Assembly (NCBI GenBank): GCA_034189125.1
Contig: JAXHVB010000018.1
Location: 775 to 64,774, forward strand
Reading direction: 5' to 3'
DNA from: Pseudomonadota bacterium
GTDB taxonomy: Bacteria; Pseudomonadota; Gammaproteobacteria; Pseudomonadales; UBA5862
Length of the DNA stretch: 64,000 nucleotides
Each line of letters begins with the position of its first letter. The first letter of the stretch is position 1. Position numbers and translations under genes: made by a program. The notes below the pieces were generated by a model. It had not been told where the DNA came from. It saw only the letters and a program-made list of their open reading frames with translations, and made no database searches. Positions 17,089-27,693 of this stretch are shown piece by piece.

Positions 17089-18617
17089 GGCAGGTTCCTA
17101 CGCAGAATGTGCCGTTGGCTTGGCCACGTGCCATTGGTGTGCTCATCGGGTTGGTTGGCCTGGTGGTTCTTGGCATGGCCGGTAGCTTCGTGGCGATGGT
17201 GGAGATCTGGTGGCGTTCTGAGACCTTCGCCCACGGGTTCCTGATTGCGCCCATTGCGCTGTATCTGGTGTACCGCAAACGCGATGCGCTGCAACGCCTT
17301 GCGCCGAGACCCACTTTTTGGGCAGTGCCCTTGCTGTTCGGTTGTGGGGCGGTGTGGTCGCTCGCGCGCCTGGTGGACGTGGCGGTGATCGAGCAGGCCG
17401 CGGCCGTGGCCATGTTGCCTCTGGTGGTCTGGGCCGTTCTGGGAACGGCAGTGGTGCGTGTCCTCCTGTTCCCTCTGGCGTACCTGTTTTTCATGGTGCC
17501 GGTGGGCGAAGGTTTGATTCCGCCGCTCATGGACTTCACTGCCCGCTTTACCGTCGGTGCAATCCGCTTGGTGGGCATCCCGGTTTTCGTCGAAGGCACC
17601 TTTTTCAGCATTCCCAGCGGCAACTGGTCGGTGGTCGAGGGGTGCAGTGGGGTGCGCTATTTGATCGCTTCGGTGGCTCTGGGTGCGCTCTACACCTACC
17701 TGAGCTTCAAATCGTGGGTCCGGCGTTTGTGTTTTATGGGCTTGTTCATTGTGGTGCCCATCATCGCCAATGGCATGCGCGCTTTCATGATCGTCATGAT
17801 CGCCCACTTCAGTGACATGAAGCTGGCCCTGGGCGTCGATCATTTCATTTATGGCTGGGTGTTTTTCGGTCTGGTGATGTTTCTGCTGTTTACGCTTGGG
17901 CTTTTTTTTCAAGAGGCCGATGCCGAGACCAGCAGTGGCGCCGAGGCGAAGTCTGGAGCGGCCACACCAAACCGCAGACCTTCCGGCAGGCTCGCACTGA
18001 TCACACCTTGGGCCGCCGGGGCTGTGGTGGCACTTTGGCCTGGCTTGATGTGGATTCAGTCCGGCCCGGACAACGAGGTGGGGGATTGGCAGCTGGCATT
18101 GCCGGAGCAGTTCTCGGGCTACCGCCGCGCGAGATCCAGCTTTACCACCTGGGTGCCGGCGTACCAGAACCCTGACCAGGAGCGCCACTTCTGGTTCCGA
18201 CGGGGCGACGACTGGATTGGGGTCTACCTGGCACGGTACGCCAGCCAGCGTCAGAACGCCGAGTTGATCAATTCTCAGAACCAGTGGGTCCCGCAAAAAC
18301 ACCCGGAGTGGCAGCAGGTGGCGCGAAGCGCCCACATGCCTGCTTCCGTGGTCGCCCTAAAATCGGTGTCACAGGGTGTGTTGCGCTCCCCCAGTCAGCG
18401 CTTGTTGGTGTGGTCCTGGGACAGTTTTGGGGCTTGGCACGGCGCCAGCCCCTACGTGGGAAAGCTGATGAACGCATACCAGCAATTGCGCCACGGCAAT
18501 GACGAGGGCATCGGCATTCTGGTGTACACCCCAATCGAAGGGGATGAGGGCGCTGCCCGCGAGCGTTTGGCGGGCGCAGCCAATGTGCTGGTCCAGGCCT
18601 TGGAACCGCTCGATTGA
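17085..18617 (+). CDS. xrtA: exosortase A (XrtA/EpsH) fused to a C-terminal EpsI-family domain
   Basis: ATGA overlap with the upstream GT. Eight-TM core with SETFAHGF, catalytic-type Cys187 in EGCSGVRYL (codon TGC 17643-17645), and the Arg/His motif [15 protein letters not shown]. After about aa 290 a linker and TM lead into a ~200-aa EpsI-like soluble domain ([24 protein letters not shown]). Confidence 0.85.
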   Translation: MRQVPTQNVPLAWPRAIGVLIGLVGLVVLGMAGSFVAMVEIWWRSETFAHGFLIAPIALYLVYRKRDALQRLAPRPTFWAVPLLFGCGAVWSLARLVDVAVIEQAAAVAMLPLVVWAVLGTAVVRVLLFPLAYLFFMVPVGEGLIPPLMDFTARFTVGAIRLVGIPVFVEGTFFSIPSGNWSVVEGCSGVRYLIASVALGALYTYLSFKSWVRRLCFMGLFIVVPIIANGMRAFMIVMIAHFSDMKLALGVDHFIYGWVFFGLVMFLLFTLGLFFQEADAETSSGAEAKSGAATPNRRPSGRLALITPWAAGAVVALWPGLMWIQSGPDNEVGDWQLALPEQFSGYRRARSSFTTWVPAYQNPDQERHFWFRRGDDWIGVYLARYASQRQNAELINSQNQWVPQKHPEWQQVARSAHMPASVVALKSVSQGVLRSPSQRLLVWSWDSFGAWHGASPYVGKLMNAYQQLRHGNDEGIGILVYTPIEGDEGAARERLAGAANVLVQALEPLD

Positions 18618-18651
18618 ACCTGGCAAACCAAGCATTCATAAGGAGCCTGGT

Positions 18652-19536
18652 ATGACGCGCAAAGGAATCATTCTGGCGGGTGGGTCGGGCACTCGCCTGC
18701 ACCCGCTGACGGTAACGGTCAGCAAACAACTGATGCCGGTGTACGACAAGCCGATGATCTACTACCCGTTGGCGGCGCTGATGCTGGCGGGGATCCGTGA
18801 CGTGCTGATCATCACCACCCCCAAGGACCAGGCGGCGTTTCAGCAGCTGCTGGGCGACGGCAGCCACTGGGGCATTGCACTGTCCTACGCGGTGCAACCG
18901 AACCCCGACGGCCTGGCCCAAGCTTTTTTGATTGGCGAAGCTTTTTTGGCGGGAGATCCCGCCTGCTTGATCCTTGGAGACAACATCTTCTATGGCGAGG
19001 GCCTGTCCAAAAAACTGCAGCGCGCGGCTGAGAGAGGTCCGGGCGCGACCGTGTTTGGGTACTATGTGCAGGATCCGGAGCGCTACGGCGTGGTCAGCTT
19101 CGATGGGGCGGGTCGTGCGGTGTCCCTGGAGGAGAAACCCGCAGTGGCGAAATCGAACTACGCGGTCACGGGGTTGTACTTTTATGACGCGGATGTGGTC
19201 GAGATCGCCAAGGGCATTCGGCCTTCGCCGCGGGGTGAACTGGAAATCACCGATGTGAACCTGGAGTACCTGGCGCGCGATCAGCTCACCGTCGAGGTGC
19301 TGAGCCGCGGTACCGCCTGGCTTGATACCGGGACGCACAACTCGCTGCTTGACGCGGCGAACTTCATTCGGGTGGTTGAGGAGCGGCAAGGGCTGAAAAT
19401 CGCCTGTCCAGAAGAGGTGGCGTACCGGATGGGATACATCAATGGCGATGCCCTCTTGGCCTTGGCTGAGCCCCTGCGTAAGAGCGGCTACGGGGAATAC
19501 CTGGTCAAGCTGCTCAACCAGGAGGTCCGCCAATGA
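18652..19536 (+). CDS. rfbA: glucose-1-phosphate thymidylyltransferase
   Basis: ATG at 18652 preceded by AAGGAG (18640). [20 protein letters not shown] and LGDNIFYG are canonical RmlA motifs. Confidence 0.95.
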   Translation: MTRKGIILAGGSGTRLHPLTVTVSKQLMPVYDKPMIYYPLAALMLAGIRDVLIITTPKDQAAFQQLLGDGSHWGIALSYAVQPNPDGLAQAFLIGEAFLAGDPACLILGDNIFYGEGLSKKLQRAAERGPGATVFGYYVQDPERYGVVSFDGAGRAVSLEEKPAVAKSNYAVTGLYFYDADVVEIAKGIRPSPRGELEITDVNLEYLARDQLTVEVLSRGTAWLDTGTHNSLLDAANFIRVVEERQGLKIACPEEVAYRMGYINGDALLALAEPLRKSGYGEYLVKLLNQEVRQ

Positions 19537-20081
19537 AGGTCGCCCCAACGCGCCTGCCAGAAGTGCTGTTGATTGAACCCCAGGTGTTTGGGGACGACCG
19601 CGGTTTTTTCATGGAGACCTGGCAGCGGCGCAAGTTCGCCGATGCCGGAATCGACCTGGACTTTGTGCAGGACAACCACAGCCGCTCGGTCCAGGGGGTG
19701 CTGCGTGGCCTGCATTACCAACTGCTGCAACCCCAGGGCAAGCTCGTGCGGGTGACCCTGGGCGAGGTGTTCGATGTGGCGGTCGACCTGCGGCGCAGTT
19801 CGCCGCGGTTTGGTGAATGGGTGGGTGTGACCCTGTCCGCGGCAACCAAGCAAATGCTCTGGGTGCCGCCGGGGTTTGCGCATGGTTTCTATGTGCTGAG
19901 TGATGTGGCCGAGTTTCAATACAAGTGCAGCGACTACTACGCCCCTGAACACGAGCGCAGCCTGCGCTGGAACGACCCCGATCTCGCCATTGATTGGCCC
20001 CTGGTGGCCGGTGCAGCCCCGGCGTTGTCTTCCAAGGATGCCGAGGGGCATTGGTTGGTGAACGCTGAGGTCTATCCATGA
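19533..20081 (+). CDS. rfbC: dTDP-4-dehydrorhamnose 3,5-epimerase
   Basis: ATGA overlap. [18 protein letters not shown] and [10 protein letters not shown] are canonical RmlC motifs. Confidence 0.95.
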   Translation: MKVAPTRLPEVLLIEPQVFGDDRGFFMETWQRRKFADAGIDLDFVQDNHSRSVQGVLRGLHYQLLQPQGKLVRVTLGEVFDVAVDLRRSSPRFGEWVGVTLSAATKQMLWVPPGFAHGFYVLSDVAEFQYKCSDYYAPEHERSLRWNDPDLAIDWPLVAGAAPALSSKDAEGHWLVNAEVYP

Positions 20082-20944
20082 AGGCGGTGGTCCTGGGGGC
20101 GCAGGGGCAGCTCGGTCGTGCGCTTTGCGAACAGTGTCCGACGGGCATCGACCTGGTTGGATTGGGTCGAGCCGAGGCGGACCTCGCCCAGCCAGGTGCG
20201 GCCGCTGCAGCGATCGATGCCCATGCCCCTGAGTTGGTCATCAACGCCGCTGCCTACACCGCAGTGGATCAGGCGGAATCGGAGCCCGATTTGGCGCACC
20301 GGGTCAATGCTGAAGCAGTCGATGAAATTGCGCTGCAGTGCCTGCGCCAGGGTGTACGCCTTGTGCACGTGTCTACCGACTTTGTCTTCGATGGCCGGGC
20401 CGGCACCCCCTATCGGCCGGGGGATCAAACCCAGCCCTTGAGTGTGTATGGCGCCAGCAAGCGTGCTGGCGAAGACGCGATTCAGGCGCATTCAGGGCTT
20501 TCCAGTGCCATTGTGCGCACCGCCTGGGTGTACGCGGCCGGCGGCAGCAACTTCGTGCGCACCATGCTGCGGTTGATGGCGGAGCGCGATGCGCTGAAGG
20601 TCGTTGCCGATCAGGTGGGAAGTCCGACCTGGGCACGGGGGCTCGCGCAGGTGCTGTGGCGAGCCGGCCAAAAGCCGGGATTCAAGGGCATACACCACTA
20701 CACCGATGCCGGTGTGGCGAGTTGGTACGACTTCGCCCTGGCGATCCAAGAGCAGGGGCTCGCCTTGGGTCTGCTGGACCGTTCGATCGAGGTTTCTCCC
20801 ATCGCCACAGAAGACTACCCAACACCGGCCGTGCGTCCCCCGTTCAGCGTGTTGGACAAACGCAGCCTGTATACAGGGCTCGATGTGAATCCGGTGCACT
20901 GGCGGGTGCAACTGCGCGCAATGATGCAGGAGCTGAATGCATGA
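20078..20944 (+). CDS. rfbD: dTDP-4-dehydrorhamnose reductase
   Basis: ATGA overlap. Motifs LVINAAAYTAVDQAE, HVSTDFVFDG and YGASKRAGE (the YxxxK active site). Confidence 0.9.
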   Translation: MKAVVLGAQGQLGRALCEQCPTGIDLVGLGRAEADLAQPGAAAAAIDAHAPELVINAAAYTAVDQAESEPDLAHRVNAEAVDEIALQCLRQGVRLVHVSTDFVFDGRAGTPYRPGDQTQPLSVYGASKRAGEDAIQAHSGLSSAIVRTAWVYAAGGSNFVRTMLRLMAERDALKVVADQVGSPTWARGLAQVLWRAGQKPGFKGIHHYTDAGVASWYDFALAIQEQGLALGLLDRSIEVSPIATEDYPTPAVRPPFSVLDKRSLYTGLDVNPVHWRVQLRAMMQELNA

Positions 20945-22047
20945 CCCAACCCCGTTCGATGCTGATCACCGGGGGCGCCGGATTCATCGGCGCCAACTTC
21001 GTCCACCATTGGGCAGCGAAATATCCCGAGCACCGGCTCGTGGTTCTGGATGCCTTAACCTATGCCGGTAACTTGCAGAGCCTTCAGGGGTTGGATGGGC
21101 AACCCAATTACCGGTTTGTGCATGGCTCGATCAACGACCAGCGCTTGGTTGAACAATTGCTGAAGGAGGAGGGCATTGATTGCATCCTGCATTTCGCCGC
21201 TGAAAGCCACGTAGACCGCTCCATCACCGGTCCAGATGCCTTCATCGAGACCAACGTGCTTGGCACCCACGCGTTGCTCAAAGCCGCGCGGGCGGTTTGG
21301 CTTGCCGGCGACGGCAGGCCGCACCGCTTCCACCACGTGTCCACCGATGAAGTGTATGGCACCTTGACGCCCACGGACCCGCCGTTCACTGAATCGACTG
21401 CGTATGCGCCGAATTCGCCCTACGCGGCGAGCAAAGCTGCATCCGACCACCTGGTGCGGGCCTACCACGAGACCTATGGGCTCGAAGTCACCACGAGCAA
21501 CTGCTCCAACAACTACGGCCCCTACCATTTTCCCGAGAAACTCATCCCCCTGTGTTTGATCAACATCCTTTCGGGCAAGCCACTGCCCATCTACGGCGAT
21601 GGGCAACAGGTGCGGGATTGGCTGTACGTCGCCGACCACTGCCGCGGCATCGAACGCGTGCTGGAGGTGGGGCGGTCCGGGCGCACCTACAACATTGGTG
21701 GCCACAACGAAATGGCCAACCTGGACCTCGTGCACAGCCTCTGTGCCCGAGTCGATGCCGCTTTCGCTGAGGCCCCGGAGCTCAGCGAACGCTTTCCCGA
21801 TGCCCCCCCGGCCAGGGGCAAGGCCAGCACCGAGTTGATCACCTTCGTGAAGGACCGCCCCGGCCACGACCGGCGCTACGCAATCGACGCGCGACGCGCG
21901 ACAGAAGAGCTCGGGTTCGTGCCCGCGGAGACCTTCGAGACCGGCATTGCCAAGACCGTTCACTGGTACCTGGGCCATGAAACCTGGTGGCGCAACGTGC
22001 TGAGCGGTGAGTACCGCGACTGGGTCCAGCAGCAGTACGGTTCCTGA
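20941..22047 (+). CDS. rfbB: dTDP-glucose 4,6-dehydratase
   Basis: True start is the ATG at 20941 (ATGA overlap with rfbD). The track ORF from 20338 is an in-frame read-through of rfbD antisense-free sequence. Motifs LITGGAGFIGANF, HFAAESHVDRS and YAASKAASDHL. Confidence 0.95.
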   Translation: MTQPRSMLITGGAGFIGANFVHHWAAKYPEHRLVVLDALTYAGNLQSLQGLDGQPNYRFVHGSINDQRLVEQLLKEEGIDCILHFAAESHVDRSITGPDAFIETNVLGTHALLKAARAVWLAGDGRPHRFHHVSTDEVYGTLTPTDPPFTESTAYAPNSPYAASKAASDHLVRAYHETYGLEVTTSNCSNNYGPYHFPEKLIPLCLINILSGKPLPIYGDGQQVRDWLYVADHCRGIERVLEVGRSGRTYNIGGHNEMANLDLVHSLCARVDAAFAEAPELSERFPDAPPARGKASTELITFVKDRPGHDRRYAIDARRATEELGFVPAETFETGIAKTVHWYLGHETWWRNVLSGEYRDWVQQQYGS

Positions 22048-22056
22048 AAGGCCAAG

Positions 22057-23196
22057 GTGAAGCCGAAGGTTACAATCGCCCACGTCGTGCATCGATTCGA
22101 TATCGGCGGGCTCGAGAACGGCGTCGTCAACCTGATCAATCGGTTGGGGGATGGATACAGTCACCAAGTGATTGCCCTGACCGAGTGCAATCCGGGGTTT
22201 TGTCAGCGCATCTCCCATTCCAATGTGCAATACCATGCCTTGCACAAGCGGGAGGGTCAGGACTGGCGTATGCTTTGGCGCCTGTACCGGTTGTTGCGGA
22301 AGCTGGGGCCGGACATCGTTCATACCCGCAACCTGGCGACACTCGAAGCCGCCGGGGTGGCATGGCTTGCTGGGGTCCCACTGCGGGTGCATGGTGAACA
22401 CGGTTGGGACATGACCGACTTGGACGGGAGCAATGCCCGTTACCAGAGACTGCGCCGGCTGATGGCGCCTTTGATCCATCGCTTCGTCGCACTCTCCTCT
22501 CAAGGTGCAGCCTACCTTGTCGACAACGTCGGCGTTCCCAGGCGCAAGGTCGTGCGCATCATCAACGGCGTTGATGTGGAGCGGTTTCAAGCTGGTCACG
22601 ACCGGGGACGACTGCCGGATGGGTTCGCCCCGGAGGGTACGGTTGTGCTCGGGTCTGTTGGGCGCATTGCAGAGGTCAAAAACCACGTGGCCCTGGCCCG
22701 TGCCTTTGTCTTGGCGCATCGGTTGGCGCCCGCGCAGATGGCGGTGGCTCGCCTGGTCATTGTGGGCGATGGCCCGCAGCGGGGCGCGGTGGAAGCTATA
22801 CTCACAGGCGCAGGCCTCACGGATCGACTGCACTTGGCCGGTGCCCAGTCGGACATACCGGCTTGGATGCGGAGTTTCGACCTGTTCGTTCTGCCGTCTC
22901 TGGCTGAAGGCATCTCCAACACCATCCTCGAGGCCATGGCGGTGGGGCTGCCTGTGGTGGCCACCCAGGTCGGCGGCAACGATGAACTCGTTGCGCCGGG
23001 CGAAACCGGGGTGTTGGTGCCCGCTGGGGACGACTCGGCCCTTGCGAACGCCCTGATCGAGGTGGTTTCGGACCGCGAACTGCGGGCACGTCAGGGAATC
23101 AATGCTCGGCAGCGCGCCGAGCATGCGTTTTCTTTGCAAACGATGGTGGAGCGCTACGCTGCGTTGTACCAGGACCTCGTGGTGGCGCGCGGGTGA
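22057..23196 (+). CDS. GT4 glycosyltransferase (PEP-CTERM/EpsH1-associated sugar transferase, stp2-like)
   Basis: GTG start. IAHVVHRFDIGGLENGVVNLINRL is typical of this subfamily. The GT-B C-terminus is PSLAEGISNTILEAMAVGLPVVATQVGGNDELV. Confidence 0.8.
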   Translation: MKPKVTIAHVVHRFDIGGLENGVVNLINRLGDGYSHQVIALTECNPGFCQRISHSNVQYHALHKREGQDWRMLWRLYRLLRKLGPDIVHTRNLATLEAAGVAWLAGVPLRVHGEHGWDMTDLDGSNARYQRLRRLMAPLIHRFVALSSQGAAYLVDNVGVPRRKVVRIINGVDVERFQAGHDRGRLPDGFAPEGTVVLGSVGRIAEVKNHVALARAFVLAHRLAPAQMAVARLVIVGDGPQRGAVEAILTGAGLTDRLHLAGAQSDIPAWMRSFDLFVLPSLAEGISNTILEAMAVGLPVVATQVGGNDELVAPGETGVLVPAGDDSALANALIEVVSDRELRARQGINARQRAEHAFSLQTMVERYAALYQDLVVARG

Positions 23197-23224
23197 TGTC
23201 GGATCAACGGAGACACTAGCGGCA

Positions 23225-25123
23225 ATGTGCGGAATCGCTGGCATTTTTCAGATGGGGGTGGGCGATGCCGTGGATCCGAGCGTTCTCGAACGCATGAACC
23301 AGGCGCAGTTCCACCGTGGTCCGGATGAGGGTGGGTACCACTACGGTCCGGGGCTCGGCCTGGCGCATCGACGGCTTTCGATCATCGACCTTTCCGGAGG
23401 CCAGCAGCCCATGGCCGATCAAGAGGGTCGGGTTGTGGTGGTGTTCAACGGTGAAATTTACAATTTCGCTGAGTTGCGCACCGAGCTGATGGGCCTCGGC
23501 CACCACTTCCGCACCCGCAGTGATACCGAAGTGCTGGTTGAGGGGTGGAAGGCCTGGGGCGAAGCCTTGGTCCAGCGCTTGCGCGGAATGTTTGCCTTTG
23601 CCCTCTGGGACCGGACCGAAGAGACGGTGTTTCTGGCGCGGGACCGGCTGGGCATCAAGCCCCTCTACTATGGCCTCACGGACCGCGGCGCCCTGGTGTT
23701 CGGCTCGGAGCTCAAGGTGGTGCTGGCGCATCCGGGCATTCGCAGGGACCTAGACCCCCAGGCTGTTGAAGAGTATCTGGCGCTGGGGTATGTGCCCGAC
23801 CCGCGCTCGATTCTGAGTACCGTCAAAAAGCTACCCGCAGGCTATCGCCTGCTGTGCCGGAGAAACGATGCGCTGGGCGAGCCCAGGCAGTACTGGGACC
23901 TCCCCTTTGCTCCGGTCGACTCCGGCGATGAACGCCAGCTGTCGGAAGAACTGATTGAACGGTTGCGCGAAGCGGTGCGCATCCGACTGGTCGCCGAAGT
24001 GCCCTTGGGTGCGTTCTTGTCTGGCGGCGTCGATTCCAGTGCAGTGGTCGCGTTGATGGCGCAGCTTCAGTCCGACCCAGTGAACACCTGTTCCATCGGG
24101 TTCGATGTGCCGGAGTTCGACGAGAGCGTTTATGCGCAGCGGGTCGCTCAGCAGTACAATACAGAGCACCACCAGCGCACTGTCAATCCCGATGACTTCG
24201 ACCTGATCGACCAACTGGCCAGTTTGTACGACGAGCCGTTTGCAGACAGTTCTGCATTGCCGACCTATCGGGTGTGCCAGTTGGCTCGTGAACGGGTGAC
24301 AGTCGCGCTCTCTGGCGATGGAGGCGATGAGAATTTCGCTGGATACCGCCGCTACCGCTGGCACATGAATGAGGCCCGCATGCGCGGAGTGCTGCCGCGA
24401 CCGGTGCAGGGGCCAGTCTTTGGCGCACTGGGAAGCCTGTATCCAAAGTTGGACTGGGCACCGCGGTTTCTGCGCGCAAAGAGTACGTTTCAAGCCCTCG
24501 CCCGTGACCCTGTCGCCGGCTACTACAGAAACTTCTGCCTGTTGGTCGACGAGCAGCGTGAGGCCCTCTACAGCGACGCATTCAGGCGCGCGTTACAAGG
24601 GTACAACGCGGTGGAATTGTTTCGTTACCACGCGGCCCGCAGTCCCAGTGATGACCTGTTGTCTCAGGCGCAGTACATCGACTTCAAAACCTACCTGTCC
24701 GGAGACATCCTCACCAAGGTCGATCGCGCCAGCATGGCCCATGCGCTCGAAGTGCGGGTTCCCATCTTGGACCACCAGTTCGTGGAATGGGTCTCGGGGC
24801 TCGCGCCTGCGCTGAAGCTGCGTGGGCAAGAAGGCAAATACCTGTTGAAAAAAGCGCTGGAACCCCACCTGGGCGCAGACGTTCTGTACCGGGACAAAAT
24901 GGGCTTCGCAATCCCCGTCGCGCAATGGTTCAGAGGGCCACTTCGTGATCGTTTGCACAGTGCGCTGACTGGCGGCGTGCTGGCCGACACGGGGTATTTC
25001 AAGACCGAGGCACTGGTGAACCTGTTCGATCAGCATCAAAGCGGGCGCTCGGACCACAGCGCTGCGCTCTGGTCGCTGATGATGTTTGAGTCCTCGCTGC
25101 GCCACTTGCAGGGTGGCCTGTGA
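23225..25123 (+). CDS. asparagine synthase (glutamine-hydrolysing) family amidotransferase, exosortase-A-associated type
   Basis: ATG at 23225 gives MCGIAGIF, the Ntn Cys2 nucleophile. PP-loop AFLSGGVDSS and C-terminal KMGFAIP are present. The track ORF's upstream 41 aa overlap the previous gene. Confidence 0.9.
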   Translation: MCGIAGIFQMGVGDAVDPSVLERMNQAQFHRGPDEGGYHYGPGLGLAHRRLSIIDLSGGQQPMADQEGRVVVVFNGEIYNFAELRTELMGLGHHFRTRSDTEVLVEGWKAWGEALVQRLRGMFAFALWDRTEETVFLARDRLGIKPLYYGLTDRGALVFGSELKVVLAHPGIRRDLDPQAVEEYLALGYVPDPRSILSTVKKLPAGYRLLCRRNDALGEPRQYWDLPFAPVDSGDERQLSEELIERLREAVRIRLVAEVPLGAFLSGGVDSSAVVALMAQLQSDPVNTCSIGFDVPEFDESVYAQRVAQQYNTEHHQRTVNPDDFDLIDQLASLYDEPFADSSALPTYRVCQLARERVTVALSGDGGDENFAGYRRYRWHMNEARMRGVLPRPVQGPVFGALGSLYPKLDWAPRFLRAKSTFQALARDPVAGYYRNFCLLVDEQREALYSDAFRRALQGYNAVELFRYHAARSPSDDLLSQAQYIDFKTYLSGDILTKVDRASMAHALEVRVPILDHQFVEWVSGLAPALKLRGQEGKYLLKKALEPHLGADVLYRDKMGFAIPVAQWFRGPLRDRLHSALTGGVLADTGYFKTEALVNLFDQHQSGRSDHSAALWSLMMFESSLRHLQGGL

Positions 25124-25190
25124 GTCCTGCTTGCGCGCGCGTCCACAACCAGGGTGCGTGCCGTGCCTGCACCCCCTGGCGTTGGCTTCT

Positions 25191-26423
25191 ATGAAGATCC
25201 TTCACGTACTCGACCACTCGATTCCGCTGCAAAGCGGCTACACGTTTCGCACCCGCAACATCCTGCGAGAGCAGCGTGCTCTTGGCTGGGACACACACCA
25301 GGTGACAGGGCCCAAGCAACTGAATTGCGCTGTAGAGCAGGAAGAGATTGACGGGCTTTTGTTTTACCGCACCGGCCCTTGTGCCACAGGGCCGGTGCAA
25401 TCTCTGCTGCCAGAGCCTGTGCGTGTCATCCGCCAACTCGAACAGCGCCTCGACGAGGTGATCGCTGCAGTTCAGCCGCAGGTCCTGCACGCGCATTCTC
25501 CAGCGCTCGACGGGGTTGCAGCCCTGCGCGCTGCACGCCGGCACAGGCTGCCGGTGGTGTATGAGTGCCGCGCGTTCTGGGAGGATGCGGCGGTCGACCA
25601 CGGCACCAGCCGGGAGGGTGGGCTGCGGTACCGTTTGACCCGCGCCATGGAAACCTGGGTGTTTCGCCATGCCGATGCAGTGACCACCATTTGTGAAGGC
25701 TTGCGCGCCGAAATTGCCGCGCGGGGCGTCCCGGAGTCACGCATCACGGTGATTCCAAACGCGGTGGACCTCAACCACTTCCAGCGGGCCCCCGAGCAGA
25801 AGCAAGAAGCGACACGGCTGCGCCAGGAACTGGGTCTTGGCGACCACAGAGTACTGGGCTTTTTGGGCTCGTTTTACGCCTACGAAGGCCTGGACTTGGC
25901 CATCGAATCGCTCCAGGCAATCAACGACCCCCGGGTCGTCCTGTTGCTGGTCGGCGGCGGGCCTCAGTCTGAGGCACTTCGCCAGCAGGTGAAGGCGCTG
26001 GGCCTGGAAGACCGCGTCCGGTTCACGGGGCGGGTGGCGCACGAACAAGTGCAACACTACTACGACTTGGTGGATTTGCTCGTCTATCCGCGCAAGTCCA
26101 TGCGCTTGACCGAACTGGTCACACCGCTGAAGCCCCTGGAGGCGATGGCGCAGCACAAACTGGTGTTGGCCTCGGATGTCGGCGGCCACCGGGAGTTGAT
26201 CTGTGACGGCGAAACTGGCTGGCTGTTCGAGGCCGGCAGTGCACAGGCGCTGGCGCGCACAGCAGAACGCGTGCTCGCGCTTCCTGAGCACGAGTGGCAG
26301 CGGGTTCGGAACAATGGACGACAGTACGTAGAAACCGAGCGAAACTGGCCGTTGAGCGTTGCGAAGTACGCCAGCGTGTATGCCGCCGCCACAGCAGACG
26401 AGTCCATCCGTGGCACAGCTTGA
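25191..26423 (+). CDS. GT4 glycosyltransferase (exosortase-A-system-associated type)
   Basis: ATG at 25191 gives MKILHVLDHSIPLQSGYTFRT. The C-terminal GT-B motif is PLKPLEAMAQHKLVLASDVGGHRELI. Confidence 0.8.
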   Translation: MKILHVLDHSIPLQSGYTFRTRNILREQRALGWDTHQVTGPKQLNCAVEQEEIDGLLFYRTGPCATGPVQSLLPEPVRVIRQLEQRLDEVIAAVQPQVLHAHSPALDGVAALRAARRHRLPVVYECRAFWEDAAVDHGTSREGGLRYRLTRAMETWVFRHADAVTTICEGLRAEIAARGVPESRITVIPNAVDLNHFQRAPEQKQEATRLRQELGLGDHRVLGFLGSFYAYEGLDLAIESLQAINDPRVVLLLVGGGPQSEALRQQVKALGLEDRVRFTGRVAHEQVQHYYDLVDLLVYPRKSMRLTELVTPLKPLEAMAQHKLVLASDVGGHRELICDGETGWLFEAGSAQALARTAERVLALPEHEWQRVRNNGRQYVETERNWPLSVAKYASVYAAATADESIRGTA

Positions 26424-27681
26424 GCCGCGCATTTTGGTGTTTTCCTCGCTGTTTCCAAGTGCCGTTCAGCCAGGCGCCGGGCTGTTTATTCGGGAGCGGA
26501 TGTTTCGCGTCGCCCGTGAACTGCCGTTGGTGGTCGTCAGTCCTCAGCCCTATTTTCCCGGGCAGTCGCTGATTCGCCGTCTGCGGCCGGGATATCGATT
26601 GCAGGCGCCGCCGGTTGAGGTGCAGGACGGCATCCAGGTGTATCACCCGAGGTTTTTTTCCCTGCCAGGGCTCGGCCGTCGGTTCGACGCGCTGTCGATG
26701 GCGCTGTGCAGCTACGCCCTGTTGCGCCGGCTGCGCAAGGCGTTCGCATTCGATCTGATCGACGCGCACTTTGCGTACCCGGATGGAGCCGCAGCCGTCC
26801 GCCTGGGCCGCTGGTTTCAGGTCCCGGTCACCGTCACCCTGCGGGGCACTGAAGTGCCCCAGGCGCGCAGTGCCCGGCGCCCTCAGCTGGCGGCCACCCT
26901 GCAACAGGTCACCCGGATCTTCACAGTGTCGGATTCACTGCGCCGTTTGGCGCTGGATTTGGGGGCAGCGGACCACCGGGTGCAGGTGGTGCCCAATGGG
27001 GTCAACGGCAGCCTGTTCTACCCGGTCGACGGGCGTGCCACGCGCCGGACACTGGGAATTGCAGAAGATGCCAAAGTGCTCATCACCGTTGGTGGTCTGG
27101 TGGAGCGCAAGGGGTTCCATCGGGTGATCCAGGTGCTGCCAGAACTGCTGGCGCGGGGCCACGATGTTCAGTACCTGGTGGTTGGTGGTCCCTGCGCAGA
27201 AGGTGACATGGAGGCAGCGCTGCGCGCGCAGGTCGAGCGTCTTGGCCTTGAGGACCGCGTGCATTTTTGCGGTGCCTTGCCTCCAGACCGGCTGCGTGAA
27301 CCCCTGTCCGCAGCCGACCTGTTCGTGCTTTCCAGCCGCAATGAAGGTTGGGCGAATGTGCTGCTCGAGGCGTTGTCCTGCGGGCTGCCGGTGGTGGCAT
27401 CGGATGTGGGCGGGAACGCTGAAGTGATTTGCGACCCCGTGCTCGGGGCCATTGTGCCCTTCGGGGATGAGGCGGCAATGTGCGACGCCATTTCGGCTGC
27501 GCTGGAACAGCGCGGTGGCGCCGCTCAGCGGCTGGCCTATGCCGAGGCCAACCAGTGGGATGCGCGGGTGCGCACCTTGGTGGAGGCGTTCCGCCAGCTT
27601 GTAGGGCCGCAATCCCAAGCCCAGGCTCAAGCCGGAGAGGTCAAGCCCACACCGGGGGTCGAGACCCCGGGACCTGGGTAA
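26410..27681 (+). CDS. GT4 glycosyltransferase (start uncertain: GTG 26410, ATG 26380 or 26359)
   Basis: ILVFSSLFPS and GLFIRERM at the N-terminus, SSRNEGWANVLLEALSCGLPVVASDVGGNAEVI at the C-terminus. GTG at 26410 gives the shortest overlap (14 nt) with the upstream gene. Confidence 0.75.
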   Translation: MAQLEPRILVFSSLFPSAVQPGAGLFIRERMFRVARELPLVVVSPQPYFPGQSLIRRLRPGYRLQAPPVEVQDGIQVYHPRFFSLPGLGRRFDALSMALCSYALLRRLRKAFAFDLIDAHFAYPDGAAAVRLGRWFQVPVTVTLRGTEVPQARSARRPQLAATLQQVTRIFTVSDSLRRLALDLGAADHRVQVVPNGVNGSLFYPVDGRATRRTLGIAEDAKVLITVGGLVERKGFHRVIQVLPELLARGHDVQYLVVGGPCAEGDMEAALRAQVERLGLEDRVHFCGALPPDRLREPLSAADLFVLSSRNEGWANVLLEALSCGLPVVASDVGGNAEVICDPVLGAIVPFGDEAAMCDAISAALEQRGGAAQRLAYAEANQWDARVRTLVEAFRQLVGPQSQAQAQAGEVKPTPGVETPGPG

Positions 27682-27693
27682 CAGGAGACGCCC

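Noticed and set aside
27652-27671. Imperfect palindrome GGGGTC-GA-GACCCC at the 3' end of the GT4 gene, just before the Wzy-like gene.
   Set aside because: A 2-nt loop cannot form an RNA hairpin, the sequence lies within coding sequence, and there is no supporting repeat elsewhere.
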